From the sequence record MW735835.1: a stretch of DNA of 64,000 bases. One strand, given 5' to 3'. The notes under the pieces are model-generated. The model saw only the letters and a program-made list of their open reading frames with translations, made no database searches and was not told the DNA's origin. Position numbers and translations under genes: made by a program. Below are positions 26,964 through 35,603 of this stretch, piece by piece (within the stretch, counting starts at the first letter, position 1; the number at the start of each line of letters is the position of its first letter).

Positions 26964-29189
26964 ATGACAAGTAACCAGTCTGTCCAGGAGCAACTGGCTC
27001 AGTACTATGCTCAGTCCGCCCGTAATCCGGTGGAACTGCATCCTGAGTTGATGTCGCTCTATGGGCTCAACCCGTTTATCCGGCACATCTCCGCATCCCG
27101 TGCGGCTATGTTCACCGGCAACCTGGCACAAATGGTGGTAATCAAGGAGCCCACCAGGAAGCACATCATGACCCTGATGGAGCGTCCGTTTGCCGATACG
27201 ACGTTCTCGATTGAATTCGAGGACAACGTGCAGATCCTTAAAATCATCCCGCGCTTCGGCCACACCGCCGGTGCCAACCGTATCCGGCATTCGCCGCAGA
27301 CGGCCATCATTTACGAGAACCAGCGCACCAACGAGATCGGGGTGACGATGCTGACGGACTACCACGTCACGCACCAGCACTTCGGCACCGAGTTCAAGCG
27401 CAATCGTGACGTGATGGACCTGATGCGCGAGAAGGCGTACTTCAAGGCTGGTACCAAGCTGGCCCACAGTCCGCTGATTGACCAGTATGGCAACTACATG
27501 TACGGCCGCGAGACGAACGTGCTCATGGCGTCTGACGTGGCAGGGACTGAGGACGGTGTGAAGGCCCGTCGGGGATACCTGGAGAAGTTGGCCCCCACAG
27601 GATTTGAGACTCGTGTCTTCGAATTCGGGCGTGAGTTCTTCCCGACCAACCAATCCACAGTCCCCGGCATCTATAAGGTCATGCCTGACCTGGGCGAGAA
27701 GGTAAGCAGCACTGGCTTGCTGGTAGCGCTGCGCCGGTATGACCCGATCAGTGGCGTGGCCAACATGACCACCGAGGCGCTGCAACAGCCGGACTACATC
27801 TTCGACCGGAAGCGGTTCGTCCAACACATCGATGCTGAAGTGGTGGACATCAAGGTCGAACGCAACACCTCGATCAACATCCCGCCGTTGCCGGTGGGCA
27901 TGGAAGATCAGCTGCTCAAGTACTACAACGCCGACACCGAGTTCTACAAGAAGATCGTGGACTTCTGGTGGGAAAAGCGTAAAGAAGCGCGCAAGCGTGG
28001 GTACGAAGAGCTGCCGATGGAGCCGGAGTTCAACCATCTGGTGTTCGAAGCCATCGGCCGGGTTGGTCCTGACCATCTGCGGTCGGACCATGGGTTCAAC
28101 CGGAAGGTCGATGAAGCCGTCTCGGGCGGTAAAGTCGACAAGGTCTACCGCGGCGTGAAGCTGGACGCATGGCGCGTGGAGATCACCTTCAAGTACCTGT
28201 CCATCCCGAACAAGGGCTATAAGATCACCGACATCAACGGCAACAAGTCCGTCGTGGTCGAGGTGGTCGATGACGAAGACATGCCGGTCGACGAGAACGG
28301 AATCGTCGCTGACATCGTCGTAGACCCGAACTCCCGTTGGAACCGGGTAACACCAGCATCCCCGATCGAAATGGTGATCTCGGGTGCCGGGCGTGACCTG
28401 GGCAAGCGCCTCCAGCATGCCTTCGGGTTCCCCATGAACGATCAGTTGAAGGAGGATGAAGTAAACGACGTCGTCTATTCTCCCGAGAACCGTGATCTCG
28501 TGGAGTATTGGTTCGACGAGCTGATGGAGTTCTACAAGGTAGTCGCTCCGTACCAGTACGACGACCTCTCGGACCCCGAGTACCACCGCTTCAACCCGGA
28601 GTACAAGCACACGCAAGTGGCCGCAGTCATGCTGGATCACCTGCTGGGCATCGACCTCACCATGCCGACCGATAACCCGGTCCACATGCCGGATGTCATC
28701 CGCGCCATTCAGGAGCGCTGGCCTCCGTTCATCACCCCTGTCCGCTTCCGCGGCCGGGACGGCAAGATGAAGGTGTCCCGTGAGCCGATGCTGATTGCTC
28801 CGTCCTACTACATCAACCTGGAGAAGACCGCAGAAGACTCGTGGATGGCTGCATCGTCCGCGAAGTGCAACGTGTTCGGTACCACTGCGCGTCTGTCCAA
28901 CAACGACAAGTACGACTCTCCCGGTCGTCAGTCGTCCATTCGTGTCGGTGAGTCCGAGATTCGCTCGGAGTCCGCTGTCTGTGGTGGTGAAGCCACTGCC
29001 GATCAGAAGGACGCCTCCAACAACCCGATTGCGCACAAGTTCGTGCTCCGTCGGCTGTTGACCCACCCGACCCCGACCAACATCGAGGAGGTTCTCGATC
29101 GGAAGGTGGTTCCGGTAGGCGGGCATAGACCGTTGGCCTACATGCGCAACATGTTCGAATGCTCGGGCAAACAACTCACCAACGAATAA
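26964..29189 (+). CDS. Non-virion RNA polymerase beta subunit, C-terminal part (phiKZ gp71-73-like)
   Basis: GRETNVLMA..GTEDG, GYKITDINGNK, DMPVDENG..ADIVVDPNSRWNR, RVGESE beta motifs; AGGGAG RBS before 26964. Confidence 0.9.
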   Translation: MTSNQSVQEQLAQYYAQSARNPVELHPELMSLYGLNPFIRHISASRAAMFTGNLAQMVVIKEPTRKHIMTLMERPFADTTFSIEFEDNVQILKIIPRFGHTAGANRIRHSPQTAIIYENQRTNEIGVTMLTDYHVTHQHFGTEFKRNRDVMDLMREKAYFKAGTKLAHSPLIDQYGNYMYGRETNVLMASDVAGTEDGVKARRGYLEKLAPTGFETRVFEFGREFFPTNQSTVPGIYKVMPDLGEKVSSTGLLVALRRYDPISGVANMTTEALQQPDYIFDRKRFVQHIDAEVVDIKVERNTSINIPPLPVGMEDQLLKYYNADTEFYKKIVDFWWEKRKEARKRGYEELPMEPEFNHLVFEAIGRVGPDHLRSDHGFNRKVDEAVSGGKVDKVYRGVKLDAWRVEITFKYLSIPNKGYKITDINGNKSVVVEVVDDEDMPVDENGIVADIVVDPNSRWNRVTPASPIEMVISGAGRDLGKRLQHAFGFPMNDQLKEDEVNDVVYSPENRDLVEYWFDELMEFYKVVAPYQYDDLSDPEYHRFNPEYKHTQVAAVMLDHLLGIDLTMPTDNPVHMPDVIRAIQERWPPFITPVRFRGRDGKMKVSREPMLIAPSYYINLEKTAEDSWMAASSAKCNVFGTTARLSNNDKYDSPGRQSSIRVGESEIRSESAVCGGEATADQKDASNNPIAHKFVLRRLLTHPTPTNIEEVLDRKVVPVGGHRPLAYMRNMFECSGKQLTNE

Positions 29190-29201
29190 GCGGAGTAAGC
29201 A

Positions 29202-31304
29202 ATGCGTCGAATCAAAGCACGTGAGTTCATGAACCGCGACGTAATCGCGGAGTGGCCGCTGCCCGATGAGAAGTTGATTATCGAGTTCGACGACGGGGTT
29301 CTTGAGACCACCACTCGCCGTACCACGACGAGCTGGTTTTGCTGGGAGCTGCACCGGCAGTTCCCCCGCACCCCGCTGAACATCAACCACCACATCGGCA
29401 ATGGGTTCCCCAGCGCTGACATGATCCCCAAGACGCTGTCCAACATCGTCCGGGATCTGCACTACACGTACTTCACGCCAGGCAGCGAACTGGCAAACCA
29501 CGATCTGTGCTACGACCGGGAGGATGTGTGGCGCGTGGTGAAGGACGTCGGTAACGAGATCTACAACGTCCTGTCGGTCAATCTGGAAGAGTGGCATGTC
29601 CACATCAACGCCTTCCACCTGCTCGAGCTGTACGACTACCCGCCGTTGGTGGCGATTCGTGCGACGCTCAAGGATAACCAGCTCTCCATCTCCAACGCGA
29701 TGGACCGGACCTCTGAAGTCCTGATGAAGGACCCAGCGATCCTGCACAACCCCATCGTACGGGGGCTGCGTTCCAAGCAGATCAAGATGGGTCAGTTCTT
29801 GCAGATCATCCTCTGCTTGGGCTACCGGACCGACCTGGACCAGGTAATCTTCCGCAAGGCCATCACGGTCGGCTTCTTCGAGGGCCTGACCAAGATGCAC
29901 GACATCATGATCGAGTCGTGCTCGGCCAAGAAAGCGCTCATGTTCACCAAGAAGCCGCTGCGGATCGTCGAGTACTTCAACCGGAAGATGCAGCTGTCCA
30001 CCACCGTGGTCGACAAGCTCATCTGGAACGACTGTGGTTCGGACGTGTACGCCGAGATCCCGGTCGACACCCACCTCTGGTCCCACCTCGACGGCAAGTT
30101 CTACCTCGATGAGTCCACCCGCAAGTTGACTGCTATCCATGCGGACAACAAAGAGCAGCAGAAAGCGCTCAAGGGTAAGACCATCAAGATGCGCTCGGCC
30201 ATGTTCTGCCGTTACCGTGGTCGTGGTGAAGTTTGCCACGTCTGCTTCGGCGAGCTGGCTTGGTCCATCCCGCGGGAAACCAGCCTGGGTCACGTCTGTG
30301 CTACCGAACTCTGCCGGGAAGGTTCCCAGCGGACGCTGTCTGTGAAACACTTGGACGGCTCGTCGGTAGTGGAGGAAATCGTCATTGCGGAGGAACACCT
30401 GCCGTACATTGACGTCTGTGCCTCGGACCCAGCAGTGAACGACAACGGGGATGTGGAGGTGATGTCTGCCGCCACCGAAGAACTCCTGGGTGAAGCTGTC
30501 CCGGAAACCGCCCGTGAATCCTCGCTGCTGAAGTTCAACCCACGGCTGAAGAAGATGAAGCCGGTCATGATCCTGCCTGCCGCCCCGGACAAGAACACCG
30601 AGAACGCAGCGGGCCTGGCCGCCATCAACAGCGACACCGTCATCGAGCGCTTGAACATCCACCGGTTCACTTCGTTCCGCGAAGTTCAGATCCGTGTGAC
30701 CAACCTGCGCGAAGAAACCACCGATGCGTTCATCCCGGTCAGCCAGGGTGCACGGTTGGGTTCGCTGTCCCGCGTCATGCTGCACTACATCAAGGACCAC
30801 GGCTACACCGTTGACGAAGATGGCAACTATTGCATCGACCTCAGCGAGTGGGACTTCGGTGCTCCGGCGTTCTCCCTGCCGCGCCGCCATGCCAGTACGC
30901 TGGACTTCATGGCTGCGGTAGAGGCATTCATCCGCTCCCCGGCGAAGAAGTCGGAACGCAACGGCTTCAACGGCCGCATGCTGACCAGCTACGACGACCC
31001 GGTAGCAGCATTGCTGGACTTCAGTGATCTGGTGAACTCGCAACTGCGGGTATCCATCAGCCACCTCGAAGTGATCCTGCTGTCGCTGTCCCGTCCGGCG
31101 GATGACCCTGACGACTACCGTCTGCCGGACTTTGACCGGCCGATGAAGTTCGAAGAGCACCGGACCCTGATGCAGTATCGTTCGGCTGGCCAGCAACTGG
31201 CCTACGAGCGGCAGCCTGACATGATCGAAGATCCGGACAGCTACCTGATCACCAAGCGTCCGGCGGGTCTCCTGGACCCGTTCGTGTTCCCGGAAGTTAT
31301 CTGA
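29202..31304 (+). CDS. Non-virion RNA polymerase beta-prime subunit, C-terminal part (phiKZ gp74-like)
   Basis: RSAMFC...VCHVCFG Zn site, LCREGSQRTLSVKH trigger-loop-like segment, HLEVIL; follows beta gene. Confidence 0.85.
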   Translation: MRRIKAREFMNRDVIAEWPLPDEKLIIEFDDGVLETTTRRTTTSWFCWELHRQFPRTPLNINHHIGNGFPSADMIPKTLSNIVRDLHYTYFTPGSELANHDLCYDREDVWRVVKDVGNEIYNVLSVNLEEWHVHINAFHLLELYDYPPLVAIRATLKDNQLSISNAMDRTSEVLMKDPAILHNPIVRGLRSKQIKMGQFLQIILCLGYRTDLDQVIFRKAITVGFFEGLTKMHDIMIESCSAKKALMFTKKPLRIVEYFNRKMQLSTTVVDKLIWNDCGSDVYAEIPVDTHLWSHLDGKFYLDESTRKLTAIHADNKEQQKALKGKTIKMRSAMFCRYRGRGEVCHVCFGELAWSIPRETSLGHVCATELCREGSQRTLSVKHLDGSSVVEEIVIAEEHLPYIDVCASDPAVNDNGDVEVMSAATEELLGEAVPETARESSLLKFNPRLKKMKPVMILPAAPDKNTENAAGLAAINSDTVIERLNIHRFTSFREVQIRVTNLREETTDAFIPVSQGARLGSLSRVMLHYIKDHGYTVDEDGNYCIDLSEWDFGAPAFSLPRRHASTLDFMAAVEAFIRSPAKKSERNGFNGRMLTSYDDPVAALLDFSDLVNSQLRVSISHLEVILLSLSRPADDPDDYRLPDFDRPMKFEEHRTLMQYRSAGQQLAYERQPDMIEDPDSYLITKRPAGLLDPFVFPEVI

Positions 31305-31310
31305 CCATTC

Positions 31311-31340
31311 GAGGGGCCTTCGGGCCCCTCTTTTATTTTG
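31311..31340 (+). terminator. Intrinsic terminator
   Basis: GAGGGGCC-TTCG-GGCCCCTC then TTTTATTTT. Confidence 0.85.
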
Positions 31341-31341
31341 C

Positions 31342-31638
31342 ATGGAGGGCCTCATGGGCCAACTGCGTATCAAAGAAGCTACCCTGTCCATGGAAGTCGG
31401 CGCCAAAGGCCACTTCTGCGTGGACAGTCTGTTCAGCGACCGTGAGATCGACGTGATCGATCAACTGTCCGTCCGGCTGGATGAGAAAGAAATCCAGGCC
31501 GACAACCCCAAGTTCGACATCACGATCAAGGACAACCACATCCACTACGTCCTGAAGGAAGGCCAGAATTCCTGGAACGACACCATCTCCTTCACTGCGT
31601 ATTTCGATCAGCCGGTGAATTGGCACCCGCATCGCTGA
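31342..31638 (+). CDS. Small hypothetical protein
   Basis: 98-aa ORF, strong codon bias; start could be ATG 31354 after GGAGGG. Confidence 0.7.
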   Translation: MEGLMGQLRIKEATLSMEVGAKGHFCVDSLFSDREIDVIDQLSVRLDEKEIQADNPKFDITIKDNHIHYVLKEGQNSWNDTISFTAYFDQPVNWHPHR

Positions 31639-31646
31639 GTGGGTAT

Positions 31647-31700
31647 CATGGACGTCTTCGGACGTCCATGGACTTCTATGGACTTAGTTTTTTATCATCT
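31647..31700 (+). terminator. Stem-loop terminator
   Basis: CATGGACGTC-TTCG-GACGTCCATG, T-run downstream. Confidence 0.7.
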
Positions 31701-31750
31701 TTTCGAGGTTTGTTATGTAACAGTCGTATGCCGCCAGTTAGGGATACCAG

Positions 31751-33304
31751 ATGAAAATTGATGTCTATAGCCACGCACTCAAGGTTACTGGCGTAACCAC
31801 AGAGCGTGACCTTCAGGCGATGTTGCAGTTCTGCCGACCCCTAATCGAGATGGGCTACGAGAAGAGGGGGAAGCGGTTTATCCCCAAGGGACTGCGAACA
31901 TTCGCCGCTGCTACGAAGAACCGACAGGAGTTCAGTTTCCACCGAAACCAGCTCCAGCAACTGAAAAGACACCTGTTCCAGAACTGCGGTTACGCAGAAC
32001 ACCTGGTCCCCATCACGCACCACCTTGTCGAAGACATCAAAGTCGAGAAAGTCAAGTTCGACGTCCGTCACATGCACCCGCCTCGTGAACGACAAGTGGG
32101 CATTATTCAGTACGTGCTTGATGATCAAGACCCCAAGTGGGACCCGATCATCAAGATGGTCACCTTGCAGACCGGCGGGGGTAAAACCTTCGTTGCGCAA
32201 TTCTGCATGAATGAGTTGGGTGTCCGCACCGTCATTCATTTCAAAGGTGGCTACGTGGAGCGCTGGAAGAACGACTTGGAGGAAACCTTCAAGTTCAAGC
32301 GCGGGGAGTTCCTGATCGTTCGGGGCTCCAAGGACCTGATCGCTCTCCAGCAGATGGCACTGGATGGCGACATCAAGGCCCAGGTGATCATCATCACCTC
32401 CGCCACCATGCGTGACTACATCAAGAACTACGAGGAATCCAACGGCAACAGCAAGATCTACCCGATCAAGCCGATTGACTTCTACCCGAAACTGGGTGTG
32501 GGTTTCCGTACCACTGACGAACTGCACCAAGAGTTCCACAACAACTACCGCATCGACCTGTACACGCACATCCCAAAAGCGCTCGGTCTGTCTGCCACGA
32601 TGACCAGCTCGGATGCGTTCAAGAACCGGATGTACGACATCGGCTACCCTGTCATGCAGCGTCACGACGGCGGTGGGTACAACGTCTACATCGGTGTGAC
32701 AGCTATCCTCTACCACATGGACCCCGAGGTCCGTATCCGCTACATGGGTGGTCAGGGTTACTCGCACACCACGTTCGAAGAATCCATCATGCGGCACAAG
32801 GGCCTGCTGAAGAACTATCTGCGCATGATTGACCACGCGATTTACAATCGCTACGTCTCGGTGCGTGAGGAAGGTCAGAAGGCACTGGTGTTCTTCGCCC
32901 GGGTGGACCTGTGCACGCTCATGGTGGAACGTCTCAAGAAGATGTACCCTGAGCTGAACGTCGTGCGGTACGTGGGTTCTGAAGGCGACTCGTACGAAGA
33001 ACTGCTGGAAGCGGATATCGGTGTCACCACCATCGGCTCTGGCGGTACGGCGATTGACATCAAGAACCTGCGGTGCTCGTTCATGACTACCGCGATTGAC
33101 TCCCGTCAATCCAACGAACAAGTGCTTGGTCGGACCCGTCCCCTCAAGGACTGGCCTGATATCACGCCTGAGTTCATTTACTTCGGCTGCCTCGAGATCG
33201 AGCAGCACTGTAAGTACCATCGCAACAAGATCGAGTTCTTCAAGGGCAAGGTCCTGTCGCACATGGAGGTCATGTCCAAGTACGTGCTCCAGCTGCAAGG
33301 TTGA
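31751..33304 (+). CDS. SF2 (DEAD/UvsW-like) helicase (phiKZ gp75-like)
   Basis: Walker A QTGGGKT, DELH, SAT, QVLGRTR motif VI. Confidence 0.9.
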   Translation: MKIDVYSHALKVTGVTTERDLQAMLQFCRPLIEMGYEKRGKRFIPKGLRTFAAATKNRQEFSFHRNQLQQLKRHLFQNCGYAEHLVPITHHLVEDIKVEKVKFDVRHMHPPRERQVGIIQYVLDDQDPKWDPIIKMVTLQTGGGKTFVAQFCMNELGVRTVIHFKGGYVERWKNDLEETFKFKRGEFLIVRGSKDLIALQQMALDGDIKAQVIIITSATMRDYIKNYEESNGNSKIYPIKPIDFYPKLGVGFRTTDELHQEFHNNYRIDLYTHIPKALGLSATMTSSDAFKNRMYDIGYPVMQRHDGGGYNVYIGVTAILYHMDPEVRIRYMGGQGYSHTTFEESIMRHKGLLKNYLRMIDHAIYNRYVSVREEGQKALVFFARVDLCTLMVERLKKMYPELNVVRYVGSEGDSYEELLEADIGVTTIGSGGTAIDIKNLRCSFMTTAIDSRQSNEQVLGRTRPLKDWPDITPEFIYFGCLEIEQHCKYHRNKIEFFKGKVLSHMEVMSKYVLQLQG

Positions 33305-33306
33305 GT

Positions 33307-33335
33307 GGGAGGGCTTCGGCCCTCCTCTTATGCCG
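33307..33335 (+). terminator. Stem-loop followed by TTATGCCG
   Basis: GGGAGGGC-TTCG-GCCCTCCT. Confidence 0.75.
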
Positions 33336-33395
33336 CGTGTCAATGAAAACCAACTCTACCCATTATCTGAATACCTCATCGCTAAGGAGTTAGCC

Positions 33396-34430
33396 GTGCT
33401 CGAGAAACATGAAAACGAAGTCTACCATCAGATGATGATCCTTGCTCAGGGTAGCGGTCAACATCACGCCCTGAGCGCTTACCCTCATCTGCAAGCTCTG
33501 TTCTTCGAGCAGGCTTCCAACATGCAGAACCTGACCAACATGTTCTTCCAGCGACATCGCGAAGAACTGTTCTACGGGTTGACTCCCTGGGCTATGCTCT
33601 ACAAGTTGCAGACGGGTCGTGATATCAAGTTGCCTACCCCAGCCATCGTGAAATATTTGGCCGATTCCAATCGGGTTGAGGTGTCACCGATCCCCATCAA
33701 GGAAATTGCCAGGTATGCCAAGAGCTATCGCCTGGACAAACTCCCTGCATCCATGCGTGAAAGTGAGCGCTGGGGACATTCGTTCAAGAAAGATACTGTC
33801 ACGGTGGACATCTCGCTGGCTGACCAGAGCGCCACCATTAGCTGGGATAACAACGACATGTACCTTAACATGCCCGACTTCGGCGCTAGTCGTGCAGAGG
33901 TGCATTGTCCGCTGTTCCATGCACCATACACCATCCATCTCGAACACAGCTTCTTGAACTCGGTCCTGTATGACCCTCTGGTCGACATGTTGATCGGCGA
34001 CGAGGCTATCACCCTGGACTTCGAATCGAAGTACCTACTCATGGACCATTACTTCGGCACCCGCCAAGAGCCGAAGGAACTGCCTACCGAACACCCGTTC
34101 GTCCAACTGCGCCATCTGCTCAACACCAGCTCCTATGGTAAAGCAGGTAAGAGCACCATCCGCCTGAAGGTGAACAACGACTACTCTATCGCGATCAGCG
34201 CTACCCGCGATTGGAACTTCCACGAGAGCCTGGTCGTCAAGATCGATTCCGCCTATCGCCATTACGAGAAAGACGGCGAGATGAAGGAAGACAGCATCTG
34301 GAACTCCACGTGGGAGAAGAACCCGTTGTTCGTCCGCGACATCATCGCCAACCTGCCTCGCATGATCGATGAAGCGTTGGCTGAACACGAACGGCAACTG
34401 GCCGGCACTGACGGTTACGTGGCGAAATAA
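33396..34430 (+). CDS. Hypothetical protein
   Basis: AAGGAG RBS + GTG 33396, in frame with ORF 33096..34430. Confidence 0.7.
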   Translation: MLEKHENEVYHQMMILAQGSGQHHALSAYPHLQALFFEQASNMQNLTNMFFQRHREELFYGLTPWAMLYKLQTGRDIKLPTPAIVKYLADSNRVEVSPIPIKEIARYAKSYRLDKLPASMRESERWGHSFKKDTVTVDISLADQSATISWDNNDMYLNMPDFGASRAEVHCPLFHAPYTIHLEHSFLNSVLYDPLVDMLIGDEAITLDFESKYLLMDHYFGTRQEPKELPTEHPFVQLRHLLNTSSYGKAGKSTIRLKVNNDYSIAISATRDWNFHESLVVKIDSAYRHYEKDGEMKEDSIWNSTWEKNPLFVRDIIANLPRMIDEALAEHERQLAGTDGYVAK

Positions 34431-34612
34431 ATAGAGGGGCCTAGGCCCCTCTTTTCTTTTGTTTCGGATGGTTTAATTCCGGAGTAAACTTTCTTCAGAA
34501 TTTCATGATACCATCGAAAGCGTTCTTTGGTTTTTTCACGGTGCAGCCATTGATTTTCTTCCCGTTGATTTACGGTGCGGGTATTATGCTTTATTGAACC
34601 GTTTTATAGCCC

Positions 34613-34627
34613 TACATTAAACTACTG
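34613..34627 (+). promoter_or_regulatory. Phage promoter motif variant upstream of HD gene
   Basis: GTTTTATAGCCC TACATTAA actac TG; upstream 10-mer identical to that at 21989. Confidence 0.7.
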
Positions 34628-34652
34628 AGAATCCAATCACCTAGGAGCTATC

Positions 34653-35246
34653 ATGGATATTGCGGAACTGCGTAATCAGATCGTCACAGCCTTCGAAGAG
34701 AAGTGGTCGATCAACGATAAAGCGCACCAACAGAATCACTTCGAGGCTGTGTTCCAATGCGGCCTGAAAATCAATGAACGGCTGAACTGTGGGTTCGATC
34801 CCAAGTTGATCCTGTTCGCTGCCTACTTCCACGATCTGTTTGCGTGGAGTCGGGTGAACCACCATGAACTGTCATTCCACTGGATGATGACCACCGATCA
34901 CAAGGTGATTACGGATAACCTCGATCCGATGGAAAACCAGTTGGTAGCCTGGGCGTGCCATCAACACCGGGCATCGTTCAAGGGTAACTTCAAGTACATC
35001 TTCTGCGAGCTGATTAACTCAGCAGATCGGGAGTTCCCGGGCAATGTGGCGATGATGCTGGAGCGGGCGGTGCTCTATCGTCAGAAGAACTTCCCCATGA
35101 TGTCGGTGGAGCAAGGTTTCGAAGATGCTGTCAAGCATCTGAAGGAGAAGTTCGGCCATGGCGGATATGCCCGTTACCCGGACATGTATCTGAAATGTTT
35201 CGCTGAGGAGTTGGAAGCTCAGCGCGACCACATCATGGCGTTGTAA
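34653..35246 (+). CDS. HD-domain phosphohydrolase
   Basis: H(QQNH), AAYFHDL, HQH, SAD metal-binding pattern; AGGAG RBS. Confidence 0.8.
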   Translation: MDIAELRNQIVTAFEEKWSINDKAHQQNHFEAVFQCGLKINERLNCGFDPKLILFAAYFHDLFAWSRVNHHELSFHWMMTTDHKVITDNLDPMENQLVAWACHQHRASFKGNFKYIFCELINSADREFPGNVAMMLERAVLYRQKNFPMMSVEQGFEDAVKHLKEKFGHGGYARYPDMYLKCFAEELEAQRDHIMAL

Positions 35247-35313
35247 GTAGGGACGGGAGAGCGATGCTCTCCCGTATGTCCGTCTCACCGTTCTATTCAA
35301 TGTGGAGGTTCGT

Positions 35314-35547
35314 ATGAACATGCTGTACAAAAACATCAATGCGAACTTCCGCATTGTACTGGACTTCGGCATGGAGTTTGACCATGCCAAGATCATCGTT
35401 GCGAGGTTGGCCGGTCGGGTCATCCTCAACATGATCCATGATGGCCCTGATCACGTGAAGATCGAGTTCACGGAGAATGGGTTGAAGAACCGTAAGCGTT
35501 TCACCAAGGTCATGGCCAAAGGTAACGCTCTCGATCTGGCGGTTTGA
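35314..35547 (+). CDS. Small hypothetical protein
   Basis: GGAGG RBS before ATG 35314. Confidence 0.65.
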   Translation: MNMLYKNINANFRIVLDFGMEFDHAKIIVARLAGRVILNMIHDGPDHVKIEFTENGLKNRKRFTKVMAKGNALDLAV

Positions 35548-35563
35548 CGAACATGCAGAATAG

Positions 35564-35603
35564 AGGAGAGCCCGAAGGCTCTCCTCTTTCTTTTTTCTTT
35601 TGC
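35564..35603. terminator. Terminator between convergent genes
   Basis: AGAGGAGAGCC-CGAA-GGCTCTCCTCT with long T tail. Confidence 0.85.

Noticed and set aside
26958-31406. 1482-aa minus-strand ORF, and similar long antisense ORFs such as 12889..14739, 23570..25900, 8585..10282, 35544..37214 and 58620..60671
   Set aside because: Shadow frames of strongly C/G-ending genes, which lack antisense stop codons. The translations are V/L/G/R-rich with no motifs or RBS.
33359-33373. CCCATTAT as a promoter copy
   Set aside because: Two mismatches and no correctly spaced TG; at most a degenerate site.
3820-33398. Identical AGGAGTTAGCCGTG at 3820 and 33385 as a mobile or regulatory repeat
   Set aside because: Mostly explained by RBS plus start-codon constraints; only 14 nt long.
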